From Verrucomicrobiota bacterium (lineage in GTDB: Bacteria > Verrucomicrobiota > Verrucomicrobiia > Limisphaerales > UBA11358): a DNA stretch of 64,000 nt. Shown in pieces: positions 9,405 through 19,273 of the stretch (its first letter is position 1; each line of letters opens with the position of its first letter). The DNA lies in contig JBEKZM010000002.1 of assembly GCA_049509875.1 (NCBI GenBank), positions 115,727-179,726 on the forward strand, in the 5' to 3' direction. The notes under the pieces were generated by a model. That model worked only from the letters and a program-made list of their open reading frames with translations. It was not told the origin of the DNA and did not search any database. The position numbers and the translations under genes are program-made.

Positions 9405-9757
9405 TCGGCGTTGGTTTCCTGCCGGGTGCGCTTGGTGCGGGCGCCCGCCTTGTGCTTGCGGGCTTTGTGTTTGCTGTGCCGGGTGCGAATCTGCTGCTCG
9501 ATCTTCTTGGTCACCAAGTCAATCGCCGAATACAAATCGGACTCGACATCCTTGGCGAACAGGTCGGGACCCCGGACACCCAGGCGCATGGAGCAGGAAA
9601 ACTGCTTTTCCGCCACCCGCGTATGATCATGCTCGAGCGTCACGCGGGCATCCACGATGCGCTGGTCGAGATGATCCAGCTTGTCAAGCCGTGCCACCAC
9701 GTGCTCTTCAATCGCCTTGGTCAGGGTGACGTTGTGGGTGGATAAAATCAACTTCAT
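9401..9757 (-). CDS. hpf: Ribosome hibernation promoting factor (HPF/RaiA)
   Basis: HNVTLTKAIEEHV...DLYSAIDLVTKKIEQQIR; adjacent to rpoN. Confidence 0.88.
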   Translation of the reverse strand: MKLILSTHNVTLTKAIEEHVVARLDKLDHLDQRIVDARVTLEHDHTRVAEKQFSCSMRLGVRGPDLFAKDVESDLYSAIDLVTKKIEQQIRTRHSKHKARKHKAGARTKRTRQETNAE

Positions 9758-9831
9758 GAGAAAAGAATGCGCCCAAATGGCACAAAAATCCAGTTTTTCC
9801 GATGGCGAAAACGGCGAGAGACGAGATACAA

Positions 9832-9847
9832 AGCGAGATTCATGCCA
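9832..9847 (-). promoter_or_regulatory. Putative sigma54 -24/-12 site facing hpf
   Basis: TGGCATGAATCTCGCT (GG-N10-GC; close to TGGCACG-N4-TTGCW). Confidence 0.5.
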
Positions 9848-9855
9848 AAAACTGC

Positions 9856-9883
9856 TTGAGCTTTGGCCGGATTCGGCTATGCT
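9856..9883 (+). promoter_or_regulatory. Promoter of rpoN (TTGAGC-16-TATGCT), leaderless
   Basis: -10 ends 5 nt before in-frame GTG 9889 and 8 nt before ATG 9892. Confidence 0.55.
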
Positions 9884-9891
9884 GCGCCGTG

Positions 9892-11391
9892 ATGGGACCC
9901 GGTTTACAGTTATCACAACGGCTGACGCAATCGCTGGTGCTGGCCCCGCAGCTCCAGCAGTCGCTGGCGCTGCTCCAAGCCCCCACCTTGGAACTCAAGG
10001 CGCTCGTGGAAGCCGAGCTGCAGCAGAATCCGGTGCTCGAAGAGGTAGCCGAACAGGACACCGAACAGGGCGAGAAGACCAACGACGAGGAAGGGGATTC
10101 ACCGGAGGTGACGGATTTCGCCGAGCCGCCGGAGGACGTGAAGTTTGACGCAGCCACCGAGAAGAATTCCAATGAACCGGTGGACGATTTCCAGGCCGAG
10201 TTTGAGCGGCTGGTGCAAATGGACCAGGAGTGGCGGGACCATTTTTCCCAAGCCAACACGCCCATCCGCTCCTCCGCCGAGGACGAAGAAAAGCGGCAGT
10301 TCATGTTCGACTCGATCACGGCGGAGACCTCGCTGGCGCAGCATATGGTGGAACAGGTGCGCGACACCGAATTGAACGAGGAGCAGCAGGGCATTGCGGA
10401 GCTGCTGATCGGCAATATTGACGACTACGGCTATCTGAACGTCACGCTGGAGGAATTGGCTGCTTCCACGAACGTGCCCCAAGAGCGCATTGCCGAGGTG
10501 CTTAAAGTCATTCAAACTTTTGAGCCGGTGGGAGTTGGCGCGCGCGACCTGCGCGAGTGCCTCCTGCTCCAGCTCGAACGGGCCGGCCAGCAGGAATTGC
10601 TCGAATACCGGATTGTCCGCGACTTCATGGATGCCTTGGGCAAGCGCCGAATACCCGAAATTGCCCGCGGCACCGGCCAGACGGTCGAGGAAGTGCAGGA
10701 ATCATTGGCGCGCATCAGTCGTCTGGAGCCACGGCCCGGCCGCGCCTTCCTGCCAGTGGTCGAACAGTACGTAGCCCCCGAAGTATTCGTGCAGAAAAAC
10801 GGCGAGGATTTCACGGTTACAACCAATGACGAGCAGATCCCGCACCTGCGAATCAGCAATGTCTATAAGGATCTGATGTCCGCCGGTGGCAATAATGCCG
10901 AAGTAAAGAACTACATTCGCGAAAAAATCCGGGCCGGCAAGTTTTTGATCAAGAGTCTGCACCAGCGCCAGGCGACCATTGCCAACATCGGCCGGGAAAT
11001 AGTGAAACGGCAGCGGGAATTCATGGACAAGGGCGTGGCTTTTCTCAAACCGATGACGATGGCCCAGGTGGCGGACGTGGTGGGGGTCCATGAAACGACC
11101 GTCAGCCGGGCTGTTTCCGGCAAATATATCGACACGCCCCAAGGCGTGTTTGAAATGAAATATTTCTTCACCGCCGGACTGCAGAACTCGCACGGCGACG
11201 ATGTCTCCAATACGAGCGTCAAAGACATGATCGCGGATATCTTCAAGGGGGAAAATCCCAGTAATCCGCTGTCTGACCAGGAAGTCGTGAAATTGCTCAC
11301 CGCCAAAGGCATCACGATCGCGCGACGGACAGTTGCCAAATACCGCGACGAATTGGGAATTTTGCCTTCCAATCTCCGCAAGGTGTATTAG
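9892..11391 (+). CDS. rpoN: RNA polymerase sigma-54 factor
   Basis: Gln/Leu-rich region I, HETTVSRA HTH, RpoN box ARRTVAKYR. Confidence 0.97.
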   Translation: MGPGLQLSQRLTQSLVLAPQLQQSLALLQAPTLELKALVEAELQQNPVLEEVAEQDTEQGEKTNDEEGDSPEVTDFAEPPEDVKFDAATEKNSNEPVDDFQAEFERLVQMDQEWRDHFSQANTPIRSSAEDEEKRQFMFDSITAETSLAQHMVEQVRDTELNEEQQGIAELLIGNIDDYGYLNVTLEELAASTNVPQERIAEVLKVIQTFEPVGVGARDLRECLLLQLERAGQQELLEYRIVRDFMDALGKRRIPEIARGTGQTVEEVQESLARISRLEPRPGRAFLPVVEQYVAPEVFVQKNGEDFTVTTNDEQIPHLRISNVYKDLMSAGGNNAEVKNYIREKIRAGKFLIKSLHQRQATIANIGREIVKRQREFMDKGVAFLKPMTMAQVADVVGVHETTVSRAVSGKYIDTPQGVFEMKYFFTAGLQNSHGDDVSNTSVKDMIADIFKGENPSNPLSDQEVVKLLTAKGITIARRTVAKYRDELGILPSNLRKVY

Positions 11392-11592
11392 GGGCCTCGA
11401 CTTAATCAGGAGCGTATTCCACACGAAAACGCTGTCGCGCTTCGGTTGCCAGCGCACGCCCGTACCAGGATTGTATCGAGTTGCACCCCCTTGTGCATAA
11501 CCCGTCGCGAAATTTGGTTGAAGTCAACGCCAGGGAGCGTAGAGTCAAGAAGTATGCCGCTAGATCGCATCGGCCAGACCGATTACATTTCG

Positions 11593-12297
11593 ATGGCGTT
11601 GCTTGCAATGCAAAGCGTGGCCATTGTCATTGGATTGCTTATCTTCGGCTGGATGGTGGCGGTGCATCGGCGCGCCCGGCGGGACCAAAAATCGTTCGTG
11701 GATACCCTGGGTTTTCTGCCGCTCCGAGCGGAAGCTCCGCCGCGCCCGGCATGCTGGCTGGCAGTGCGGTCCGTTTCCACGGAGGCGGTGAAGACGGCCT
11801 TGGGACTGAATCGTGCGGCGCCCTGTTCGTGGGTGGAAGGGCTGGCCGGCAGCCATGAGTTCTTCATCAGTCCCCGTGTCCACGGCGGCTGGGTGGTGGT
11901 GACCGGGCTCGGCCTGCCAAACCCGAGCGATGATGTGGATGCGACGTTCCTATTTTTGAGCGAGTTGAGCCGCAAGCTGGGACACGTGCAGTATTTCTAC
12001 GCGGAGAAGTTTTCGCGACACCATGGCTGGGCGCGGCTGGATGACGGTTGCGTGACACGTGGTTACGCTTGGACCGGCGAGACGGTGTGGAACCAGGGGG
12101 CCAAGACGCTGCCCGAAGCCGCCGTGGGTTTGAAGACCTTTGATTACGGCGATTCGGGCGCGACAATCTTGGACGCCGAGACAAACTTCGAGAGGGTTCC
12201 GCAGCTTGCGGCGCGCTGGAGCCTTGATCCGGCGGAGGTAAAGCTGGACTCCTCCCGCCAGTCCATCGGCCTGGCCGGGGAATCCGCCTTGGGCTGA
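11593..12297 (+). CDS. Hypothetical protein with N-terminal transmembrane anchor
   Basis: Long ORF with hydrophobic N-terminus; start uncertain (11593 or 11608). Confidence 0.65.
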   Translation: MALLAMQSVAIVIGLLIFGWMVAVHRRARRDQKSFVDTLGFLPLRAEAPPRPACWLAVRSVSTEAVKTALGLNRAAPCSWVEGLAGSHEFFISPRVHGGWVVVTGLGLPNPSDDVDATFLFLSELSRKLGHVQYFYAEKFSRHHGWARLDDGCVTRGYAWTGETVWNQGAKTLPEAAVGLKTFDYGDSGATILDAETNFERVPQLAARWSLDPAEVKLDSSRQSIGLAGESALG

Positions 12298-12356
12298 AAA
12301 AATTTTGTTGCAGTTGGCGCCCGGGGCGCGCAAAGTGCGGCAAAGAAAGGACGACC

Positions 12357-12947
12357 ATGTCATTCAGCATCGAGCTCGAACTGCAAAAATTCCCGAAAAA
12401 TCTGGAGCTGAAGGATCGCAAGAAGGCCCTGTTACGACCGCTCAAGACGGACGACGAAAAGGAATTTCACCAGCTTTTTCAAGGCATTCCGGAGCCGGAA
12501 CGAATGTTCATCAAGCATCGCGTGCAGGATGCCAAGGTCATCCGCGAATGGTGCAAGAACATCGATTATGGCCGCAACCTGCCGCTGATGGGCACAATCG
12601 ACAAAAAGATCGTCGGCGCGGCCACGCTGCATCAGCAACTGGGCGGCTGGAAGCGTCACATCGGCCGCGTCAGCGTGCTGGTGCATCCGCAATTCCGCGG
12701 GCGGGGACTCGCCAGCGGGCTGATTTCCGAAATCCTCGCCATCGCCCGTCATGCCGGGCTTGAACGCGTGGAGGCGGAGTTCATCGGCGAGCAGGAAGCG
12801 GCAATGAAGATGTTTGCGATGCTCGGTTTCAACGAGCTAGTGCGCCTGGATGACTACGTAAAGGACATGCAGGCCATCACACACGACTACATCCTGATGG
12901 GCCTCGACCTGCGGACCGACGAAGAGTACGCCGGCGTGGGCGGCTGA
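12357..12947 (+). CDS. GNAT family N-acetyltransferase
   Basis: VLVHPQFRGRGLAS motif A; MFAMLGF. Confidence 0.85.
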   Translation: MSFSIELELQKFPKNLELKDRKKALLRPLKTDDEKEFHQLFQGIPEPERMFIKHRVQDAKVIREWCKNIDYGRNLPLMGTIDKKIVGAATLHQQLGGWKRHIGRVSVLVHPQFRGRGLASGLISEILAIARHAGLERVEAEFIGEQEAAMKMFAMLGFNELVRLDDYVKDMQAITHDYILMGLDLRTDEEYAGVGG

Positions 12948-13026
12948 TATGAATCAGGAATTGCGAGCGCGGAGTGCGGAATGAAAAGCCGCACGCACGA
13001 CGGCCAAATCCGCGCTACACGCTCCC

Positions 13027-13296
13027 ATGTCGCCTGAAACCTGTCCCAACTGCGGCGCGGAGGTGCCGTCCGGCGCGAAGTCCTGCCCCGAGTGCGGCGC
13101 CGACGAACAGACCGGCTGGTCCGAGACGGCTTATGCGAACCGCCTCGGAATTCCCGATGACAATTTTGACTACGACAAATTCTTAAAAGCGGAATTCGGT
13201 CCACCCAAAGTCAAACCGCGAGGCATTCGCTGGATATGGTGGGTGACGGCGCTGGTGTTGATCGGGTTGTTGCTGCTGTTCTATTTCCGCCGATAA
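13027..13296 (+). CDS. Zinc-ribbon protein with C-terminal TM helix
   Basis: CPNCG...CPECG and hydrophobic C-terminus. Confidence 0.8.
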   Translation: MSPETCPNCGAEVPSGAKSCPECGADEQTGWSETAYANRLGIPDDNFDYDKFLKAEFGPPKVKPRGIRWIWWVTALVLIGLLLLFYFRR

Positions 13297-13385
13297 AACG
13301 GCCGCTCGCGGCCACCAGGCCAAACCGCGCACGGGTTCCAAGCCGGCGGCGCCCGGCCAGGCTGGGTCTCCCCTGAAACCGCGGC

Positions 13386-13417
13386 AAAAAAAAAGCCCGC
13401 TCGAAATGAGCGGGCTT
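13386..13417 (-). terminator. Intrinsic terminator after rplQ
   Basis: AAGCCCGCTC-N5-GAGCGGGCTT stem with a 9-nt U run on the minus strand. Confidence 0.85.
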
Positions 13418-13434
13418 GGGTGTGGGCTTAAAAA

Positions 13435-13905
13435 TTACTTCTTCTCTTCGGGCTTCACTTCCGGCTGGCGCTTGGTTTCCGGCTTGGCTTCAGCCGCGGG
13501 AGCGGTTTCGGCAGCGGCCTCGGCCGGGGCGGGAGCGGGCTCGGTGATGATCGTATCCACCCACTCCAGAATGGCACGCTGGGCGGCATCGCCCTGGCGC
13601 TGTTCGAGCTTGATGATCCGGGTGTAACCGCTGCGGCGATCCTTGAAGGCGGGCGCGATTTCCTTGAACAGGATTCTGGCGGCGTCCTCCTGGTGCAGCC
13701 GGGAGGCCGCGAGCCGGCGATGGTGCAGCGTGCCTTTCTTACCGAGCGTGACCATTTTTTCGGCGACGGAACGGGCGGCCTTGGCCTTGGCGAGCGTCGT
13801 GGTCACGCGCTTGTGTTCGATCAGGCTGCAAACCAGATTAGCGAGCATCGCATTGCGATGTTCCGAGGTGCGGCCCAGTTTGGCCGTGCGCTTCAAATGT
13901 CTCAT
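13435..13905 (-). CDS. rplQ: 50S ribosomal protein L17 (C-terminal extension)
   Basis: MRHLKRTAKLGRTSEHRNAML, GYTRIIKL. Confidence 0.97.
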   Translation of the reverse strand: MRHLKRTAKLGRTSEHRNAMLANLVCSLIEHKRVTTTLAKAKAARSVAEKMVTLGKKGTLHHRRLAASRLHQEDAARILFKEIAPAFKDRRSGYTRIIKLEQRQGDAAQRAILEWVDTIITEPAPAPAEAAAETAPAAEAKPETKRQPEVKPEEKK

Positions 13906-13914
13906 GGCAAATCC

Positions 13915-14931
13915 TTATTCCGTCTTCGCGGCTTCTTCCTTGGGCGCTTCCACCAGGCCCGGCTCGAAATTCATGCCGAGCGACAGGTTGAGCGAGTTCA
14001 GTTTTTCCTTGATTTCGTTGAGCGACTTCTTGCCGAAGTTGCGATACTTGAGCATCTCCTGCTCGGTCTTCAGCGCGAGCTGGCCGACGGTGGTGATATT
14101 GGCGTTATTCAGGCAGTTGGCGGCGCGCACGCTCAATTCGATCTCGTTGACGCTCATGTTCAACAGCTTCTTAAGCTTCGCCTTCTCGTCGTCCTGCTTG
14201 TCGGCAGCCTCTTCAAATTCAACCGCGTTCTTGTCGTAACCGACGAACACGTCGAGATGATGCGCCAGGATCGCCGAGGCCTGGGTCAGGGCGTCGTCCG
14301 GAGTAATGCGGCCGTCGGTCCAGATTTCAAGCACCAAACGGTCGTAGTCGGTTCGGTTGCCGACGCGCGCGGCTTCCACCGCGTAACGCACGCGGGTGAC
14401 CGGTGAGAACAGCGAGTCGATGGCCACGATGCCGATGGCTTGGCCGGGCTTCTTGTTTTCGTCACTCGGGCAAAAGCCGCGCCCGATCTTGACGGTCAAC
14501 TCCATCTCAAATTTTTTCTTTTTGTCCAGGGTGCAAATCGGCTGATCGGAATTGACGAGCTCAACGTTCTGGTTGAGCTGGATGTCAGCGGCCGTCACCG
14601 GGCCTTCCTTGTTCACCGAAAGCAGCAGCACCTGCTCGTCGCGGGTGTGGGCCTTGAACTTGATTTTCTTCAGGTTCAGGACGATGTCGGTGACGTCTTC
14701 GGTGACGCCGTCGATGGTGGCAAATTCGTGCATCGCGCCATCGACCTTCAGCGAAGTGATGGCCGCGCCTTCGAGCGAGGAAAGCAACACGCGGCGGAGG
14801 GAGTTGCCCACGGTGTGGCCGTAACCGGTTTCAAACGGGTCGGCAATGAATTTAGCATAAGTCTCGGTGGCGGAGGATTCTTCCTTCTGCAACCGCTTCG
14901 GCATTTCGAAACGTCCAAGGCGAACTGGCAT
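13915..14931 (-). CDS. rpoA: RNA polymerase subunit alpha
   Basis: GYGHTVGNSLRRVLLSS, ELSVRAANCL, NFGKKSL. Confidence 0.98.
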   Translation of the reverse strand: MPVRLGRFEMPKRLQKEESSATETYAKFIADPFETGYGHTVGNSLRRVLLSSLEGAAITSLKVDGAMHEFATIDGVTEDVTDIVLNLKKIKFKAHTRDEQVLLLSVNKEGPVTAADIQLNQNVELVNSDQPICTLDKKKKFEMELTVKIGRGFCPSDENKKPGQAIGIVAIDSLFSPVTRVRYAVEAARVGNRTDYDRLVLEIWTDGRITPDDALTQASAILAHHLDVFVGYDKNAVEFEEAADKQDDEKAKLKKLLNMSVNEIELSVRAANCLNNANITTVGQLALKTEQEMLKYRNFGKKSLNEIKEKLNSLNLSLGMNFEPGLVEAPKEEAAKTE

Positions 14932-15022
14932 GATTATCCTTTCAACAATTTTAAGCTGGCCTCCCCGGCTGATTTTTATTCCCGGCCGGGATGGCCCGTG
15001 TAATTGTTCTTCTAGTTAATTT

Positions 15023-15631
15023 TTAGCGGGAATAAAATTCGACCACAGCCTGTTCATTGGCGATGGGCTGGATTTCCTCGCGCGTGGGCACCCGCATGAC
15101 CGAGCCCTTGAGCTCCTCCTTGTTCAAGGAGAGCCAGTCCGGAACCGCGCGGCTGGCGGAGGCTTCCAGGCCCTTGGTGGCGAGCTGGCGCGAAACATTG
15201 TTGTTCTTGACGGTGATGACGTCATTGACCTTCAAGGCATAGGACGGAATGCTGGCCTTGCGGCCGTTCACGGCCACGTGACCGTGGCAGACCATCTGGC
15301 GCGCGGCGGCGCGGGTGGTGGCGAAGCCCAGATGAAACACGACATTGTCCAGGCGCGTTTCCAGAATCTGCAGCATCTGTTCGCCGGTGACACCGCGGCG
15401 GCGCAGCGCTTTTTCATAGACGCCGCGGAACTGCCGTTCGAGCAGTCCGTAATAATACTTGAGCTTCTGCTTCTCGATCAGACCTTCACCGTATTCGGTG
15501 GTCTTGCGGCGGGACTTGGGGCCATGGACGCCGGGACCGTAATTGCGGCGTTCGAGATACTTTGTCGGGCCGAAAATCGGGATGCCAAAACGGCGGCTGA
15601 TGCGGACGCGGGGACCTGTGTAACGAGCCAT
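15023..15631 (-). CDS. rpsD: 30S ribosomal protein S4
   Basis: MARYTGP, LETRLDNVV, EFYSR. Confidence 0.98.
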   Translation of the reverse strand: MARYTGPRVRISRRFGIPIFGPTKYLERRNYGPGVHGPKSRRKTTEYGEGLIEKQKLKYYYGLLERQFRGVYEKALRRRGVTGEQMLQILETRLDNVVFHLGFATTRAAARQMVCHGHVAVNGRKASIPSYALKVNDVITVKNNNVSRQLATKGLEASASRAVPDWLSLNKEELKGSVMRVPTREEIQPIANEQAVVEFYSR

Positions 15632-15666
15632 AGGAATTGATGATTTGCGATTTGCGATTGAGGTTT

Positions 15667-16281
15667 TTACACGCGGCGCTTCTTGCGCGGACGGCAGCCA
15701 TTATGCGGCACCGGCGTCACGTCCTTGATGGCGCTGATTTCCAGACCGATGGCCTGGAGGGCGCGGATGGCGGATTCACGGCCGGAGCCGGGACCCTTGA
15801 CGCGGATTTCCACTTCCTTCATGCCGTGGGCCATGGCCTGCCGGGCGGCGTCCTGGGCCACCATCTGGGCGGCGTAGGCGGTGCTTTTGCGCGAGCCTTT
15901 GAAACCCACGCGGCCCGCACTGGACCAACCGATGAGGTTGCCCTGAGCGTCAGTGATGGTCACCTGGGTATTGTTGAAAGTGGCGAGAATATTGGCGATG
16001 CCGGCGACAATGTTTTTCGCGTGCTTGGCCTTGACAATCTTCTTGGCATTGGGATCTTCGCCCAGAAGTTCGGCGGCGGTGGGCGCAGCCGCCACGACGG
16101 CTTCAGCCGGCTTGGTCGGATCGACCGCCGGCGCGGCTTCGGCGGCGGCGGCGGGCTTCTTGGCGGGCTTGGACTCCGCGGCTTTGGCTTCCGCCGGTTT
16201 GCCTTCAGCGGGAGCGGCGGCCTCGGCCTTCACTTCTTTTTCCTTTTTGGGCGGGGCTGGTTTCTTTTTTTCTTCGGACAT
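15667..16281 (-). CDS. rpsK: 30S ribosomal protein S11 with long Ala/Pro/Lys N-terminal extension
   Basis: [31 protein letters not shown]. Confidence 0.96.
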   Translation of the reverse strand: MSEEKKKPAPPKKEKEVKAEAAAPAEGKPAEAKAAESKPAKKPAAAAEAAPAVDPTKPAEAVVAAAPTAAELLGEDPNAKKIVKAKHAKNIVAGIANILATFNNTQVTITDAQGNLIGWSSAGRVGFKGSRKSTAYAAQMVAQDAARQAMAHGMKEVEIRVKGPGSGRESAIRALQAIGLEISAIKDVTPVPHNGCRPRKKRRV

Positions 16282-16296
16282 AACGAAATTCAATGA

Positions 16297-16692
16297 TTAG
16301 TGGATGCCGGTCTTGGCGTTGGGATTGCGCTGGACGCCCACCGTCTTGCGGGGCCCCTTGCGGGTGCGGGCGTTGGTCTGGGTGCGCTGGCCGCGCACGG
16401 GCAGGCCCCGCAGGTGGCGGATGCCGCGGTAACACTTGATGCCCTGCAGGCGCTTGAGGTCCATGCCGATTTCGCGGCGCAGATCGCCTTCGATCACATA
16501 CTTGCCCTCCTGGATCGCATGAACGATCTGGGCCAGCTGCTGCTCGGTCAAGTCCTTCGCGCGAATCGACGGGTCAATATTGGCGCGTTCGAGGATCTCG
16601 CGGGCGTTGACCGGGCCGATGCCATAAATGTAGCGGAGCGCAATGTCAATGCGCTTGCCGGGCGGAACTTCCACACCAATGATACGTGCCAT
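16297..16692 (-). CDS. rpsM: 30S ribosomal protein S13
   Basis: [24 protein letters not shown]. Confidence 0.98.
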   Translation of the reverse strand: MARIIGVEVPPGKRIDIALRYIYGIGPVNAREILERANIDPSIRAKDLTEQQLAQIVHAIQEGKYVIEGDLRREIGMDLKRLQGIKCYRGIRHLRGLPVRGQRTQTNARTRKGPRKTVGVQRNPNAKTGIH

Positions 16693-16701
16693 AAATTTAA
16701 A

Positions 16702-16815
16702 TTAACCTTGACGTTGTTTGTGGCGTTTGTTCGAGCAGATGACGCGGATCACGCCGCGGCGCCGCACAATTTTGCAGTGCTCACACATTTTTTTGACTGA
16801 CGCTCGGACTTTCAT
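16702..16815 (-). CDS. rpmJ: 50S ribosomal protein L36 (zinc-binding form; below the ORF-track cutoff)
   Basis: Hand translation [37 protein letters not shown]. Confidence 0.96.
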   Translation of the reverse strand: MKVRASVKKMCEHCKIVRRRGVIRVICSNKRHKQRQG

Positions 16816-16817
16816 GT

Positions 16818-17039
16818 TTAAATCTTTTTCGTTTCGACTAAAATACGCCCCACGCTCAGGTCGTAAGGCGTCAATTGCAACTTCACCGCATCGCCGACCC
16901 GCAAGCCGGCAAAATTCATTTTATCGCGGCCAGTCACAAACGCCGTTAGGCGGTGACCGTTGGCCAATTCGGCCACAAACGTGCCATTGGGCAGCGCTTC
17001 CCTCACCCGGGCTTCGACGCGAAAGGCTGCTTCGCCCAT
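16818..17039 (-). CDS. infA: Translation initiation factor IF-1-like protein (divergent)
   Basis: [30 protein letters not shown]; map-infA-rpmJ synteny. Confidence 0.8.
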   Translation of the reverse strand: MGEAAFRVEARVREALPNGTFVAELANGHRLTAFVTGRDKMNFAGLRVGDAVKLQLTPYDLSVGRILVETKKI

Positions 17040-17785
17040 GTCAAAATCTCCGGCTCGCCATCGGTAATCAGGATGGTATGCTCAAAATGGGCAGATAGTG
17101 AACCATCTTGCGTCACCACTGTCCAGCCGTCTTTCAGGATTTTCACCTCGGCACGGCCCGCATTGACCATCGGCTCGATGGCAATCGTCATGCCCCGCTT
17201 CAGCTTGGGCGAATCATTCCGGCCCTCGTCAAAATTCGGCACCTGCGGCTCTTCGTGCATGGTCCGGCCGACCCCATGCCCCACGAACTCCCGGACCACG
17301 CTGTAGCCATTTTCCTCGACGTAGTGTTGGACCGCCCGCGAAATGTCCACCACCCGGTTGCCCGGTTTCGCCTGGGCTATCCCCAGGTAGAGCGATTGCT
17401 CTGTCACGTCCAACAAGCGCTGCGCCGCCACACTGCATCCGCCCACAACCACCGTCCGCGCGGTGTCGCCAACGAATCCCTTATAGTTCACGCCCACATC
17501 CACGCTGACAATGTCGCCGAATTGCAACTCCCGGTCGGACGCCGTGCCGTGGACCACCGCCTCATTGACCGAGAGGCACGTGTAGCACGGGTACTTGCGG
17601 TAGCCTAGAAACGCGCTTTTTGCATCGTAGCTGCGAATCCGTTCCGCCGCAAAACCATCCACCTGCTGCGTCGTCAAACCGGGCTGAATAAACGCCGCTA
17701 TGTCGTCCAGGACTTTCCCGGCCACCATCCCGGCCGGACGCATCAACTTCAGATCGTCTTCAGACTTGATTTTAATACCGGCCAC
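17003..17785 (-). CDS. map: Methionine aminopeptidase type I
   Basis: SVNEAVVHG, GDTART, FVGHGVG, IEPMVN, SAHFEHT; GTG start. Confidence 0.97.
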   Translation of the reverse strand: MAGIKIKSEDDLKLMRPAGMVAGKVLDDIAAFIQPGLTTQQVDGFAAERIRSYDAKSAFLGYRKYPCYTCLSVNEAVVHGTASDRELQFGDIVSVDVGVNYKGFVGDTARTVVVGGCSVAAQRLLDVTEQSLYLGIAQAKPGNRVVDISRAVQHYVEENGYSVVREFVGHGVGRTMHEEPQVPNFDEGRNDSPKLKRGMTIAIEPMVNAGRAEVKILKDGWTVVTQDGSLSAHFEHTILITDGEPEILTWAKQPFASKPG

Positions 17786-17851
17786 AAAATCTTTTATTGC
17801 AGCGCTGACGGCCCGTCCGTCACCGCACCCACGCGCACCGCCGCGGTCATG

Positions 17852-19255
17852 CTAGAAGCGGCCGCGAATCCGGCCCTTCTTCAAAAACCCGTCATAGTGT
17901 CGCATCATCAAATGGGCTTCCACCTGGCGCATGGTGTCCAGCAACACGCCGACCGCAATCAGGATGCTCGTGCCGCCAAAAAAGCTGGCCACGTTCTGGT
18001 CCACCCCCATCTTGCGGGACAAGACGATGGGAATGGTGGCGATGACGGTCAGAAACACCGCGCCGGCCAGGGTGATTCGGCTCATGGCATTATGCAAGAA
18101 TTGGCTGGTGCCCTGCCCGGGGCGCACGCCGGGAATATAACCACCATTCTTCTTCAAATCATCGGCGATCTGAATTTCATTGAACTGGGTAGCCACCCAG
18201 AAATACGAGAAAAACAGGATCATCAACGAGTAAATGGACAAATAGACGAACGAACCGTACGACAATTGCCGGGCCGCCCACAGGCACCCCTCATGAAGGA
18301 ATCCCAGCGATGGAGCCGTGGTCCAGGCCGACAGGTTCTCGAACAGAGGCCCGGGAAACATGAGGATGGATTGGGCGAAAATGATCGGCATGACGCCGGA
18401 ATAATTGACGCGCAAAGGCATGTAATTGGTGCCGCCCTGGTACATTTTCTGCCCGATCATGCGGCTGGCATACTGGACAGGGACTTTCCGCTGGGCCTGG
18501 GTGATGGCGATGACACCTCCGACCACGATGACCAGCAACACGATCAAGACCGGCGCCGTGGTCCAAAAATTATGCAAAGCCTCCGTGGTGCCGCCATGCG
18601 TGGAAAACATGTCCACTGCGCCCTGAACGGCGTTGGGCAAACGCGCAAGAATGCCAATCGTGATCACCAGTGAAACGCCGTTGCCGATGCCACGGTCAGT
18701 AATCTGCTCACCCATCCACATCAACAGCATGGTGCCCGCAGTCATTACCGTCACGGTCACGAAATAATAAATGAAGTGGTTTTCGTACACCACCAGCGTG
18801 CCTTGGAAATTGCGGAAGGCGGTTTGCGGGGTTAGCCAGTTGTGGGCAAAGTACCAGCCCTGACCCAGGCAGAGCAGCACCGTCAGGTAGCGTCCGTATT
18901 GAACGATCTTGGTGCGGCCACCCTCTTCCCGGGCCAGTTTACTCAAACGGGGCCAGACGGCTGAAAGCAACTGGATGATGATCGTGGCGCTGATGTAGGG
19001 CATGATGCCCAACGAGCTCACGGCGCAGTTGCCCAGCGCGCCGCCGGCGAACGTGTTGTACATGACCAGCAAGCCGCCGCCGTTCTGCGAATTCTCGTTA
19101 AAGTACTGGGCCAGGGCGTGGCCGTTGATGCCGGGAATGACGATGAACGCAGTCAACCGGCAAACGGCCAGCAGCAAAATGGTGAACAAAATCCTGGATT
19201 TAAGCTCCGGGATCTTGAAGCAATTGCCGAGGGTGGTGACGATGGAGCGAAACAT
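17852..19255 (-). CDS. secY: Preprotein translocase SecY
   Basis: LGIMPYISATII, GIGNGVSL, GVMPIIFA, IPGVRPG, FGGTS. Confidence 0.98.
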   Translation of the reverse strand: MFRSIVTTLGNCFKIPELKSRILFTILLLAVCRLTAFIVIPGINGHALAQYFNENSQNGGGLLVMYNTFAGGALGNCAVSSLGIMPYISATIIIQLLSAVWPRLSKLAREEGGRTKIVQYGRYLTVLLCLGQGWYFAHNWLTPQTAFRNFQGTLVVYENHFIYYFVTVTVMTAGTMLLMWMGEQITDRGIGNGVSLVITIGILARLPNAVQGAVDMFSTHGGTTEALHNFWTTAPVLIVLLVIVVGGVIAITQAQRKVPVQYASRMIGQKMYQGGTNYMPLRVNYSGVMPIIFAQSILMFPGPLFENLSAWTTAPSLGFLHEGCLWAARQLSYGSFVYLSIYSLMILFFSYFWVATQFNEIQIADDLKKNGGYIPGVRPGQGTSQFLHNAMSRITLAGAVFLTVIATIPIVLSRKMGVDQNVASFFGGTSILIAVGVLLDTMRQVEAHLMMRHYDGFLKKGRIRGRF

Positions 19256-19273
19256 TGTCGTGGTCAGCCGGGT

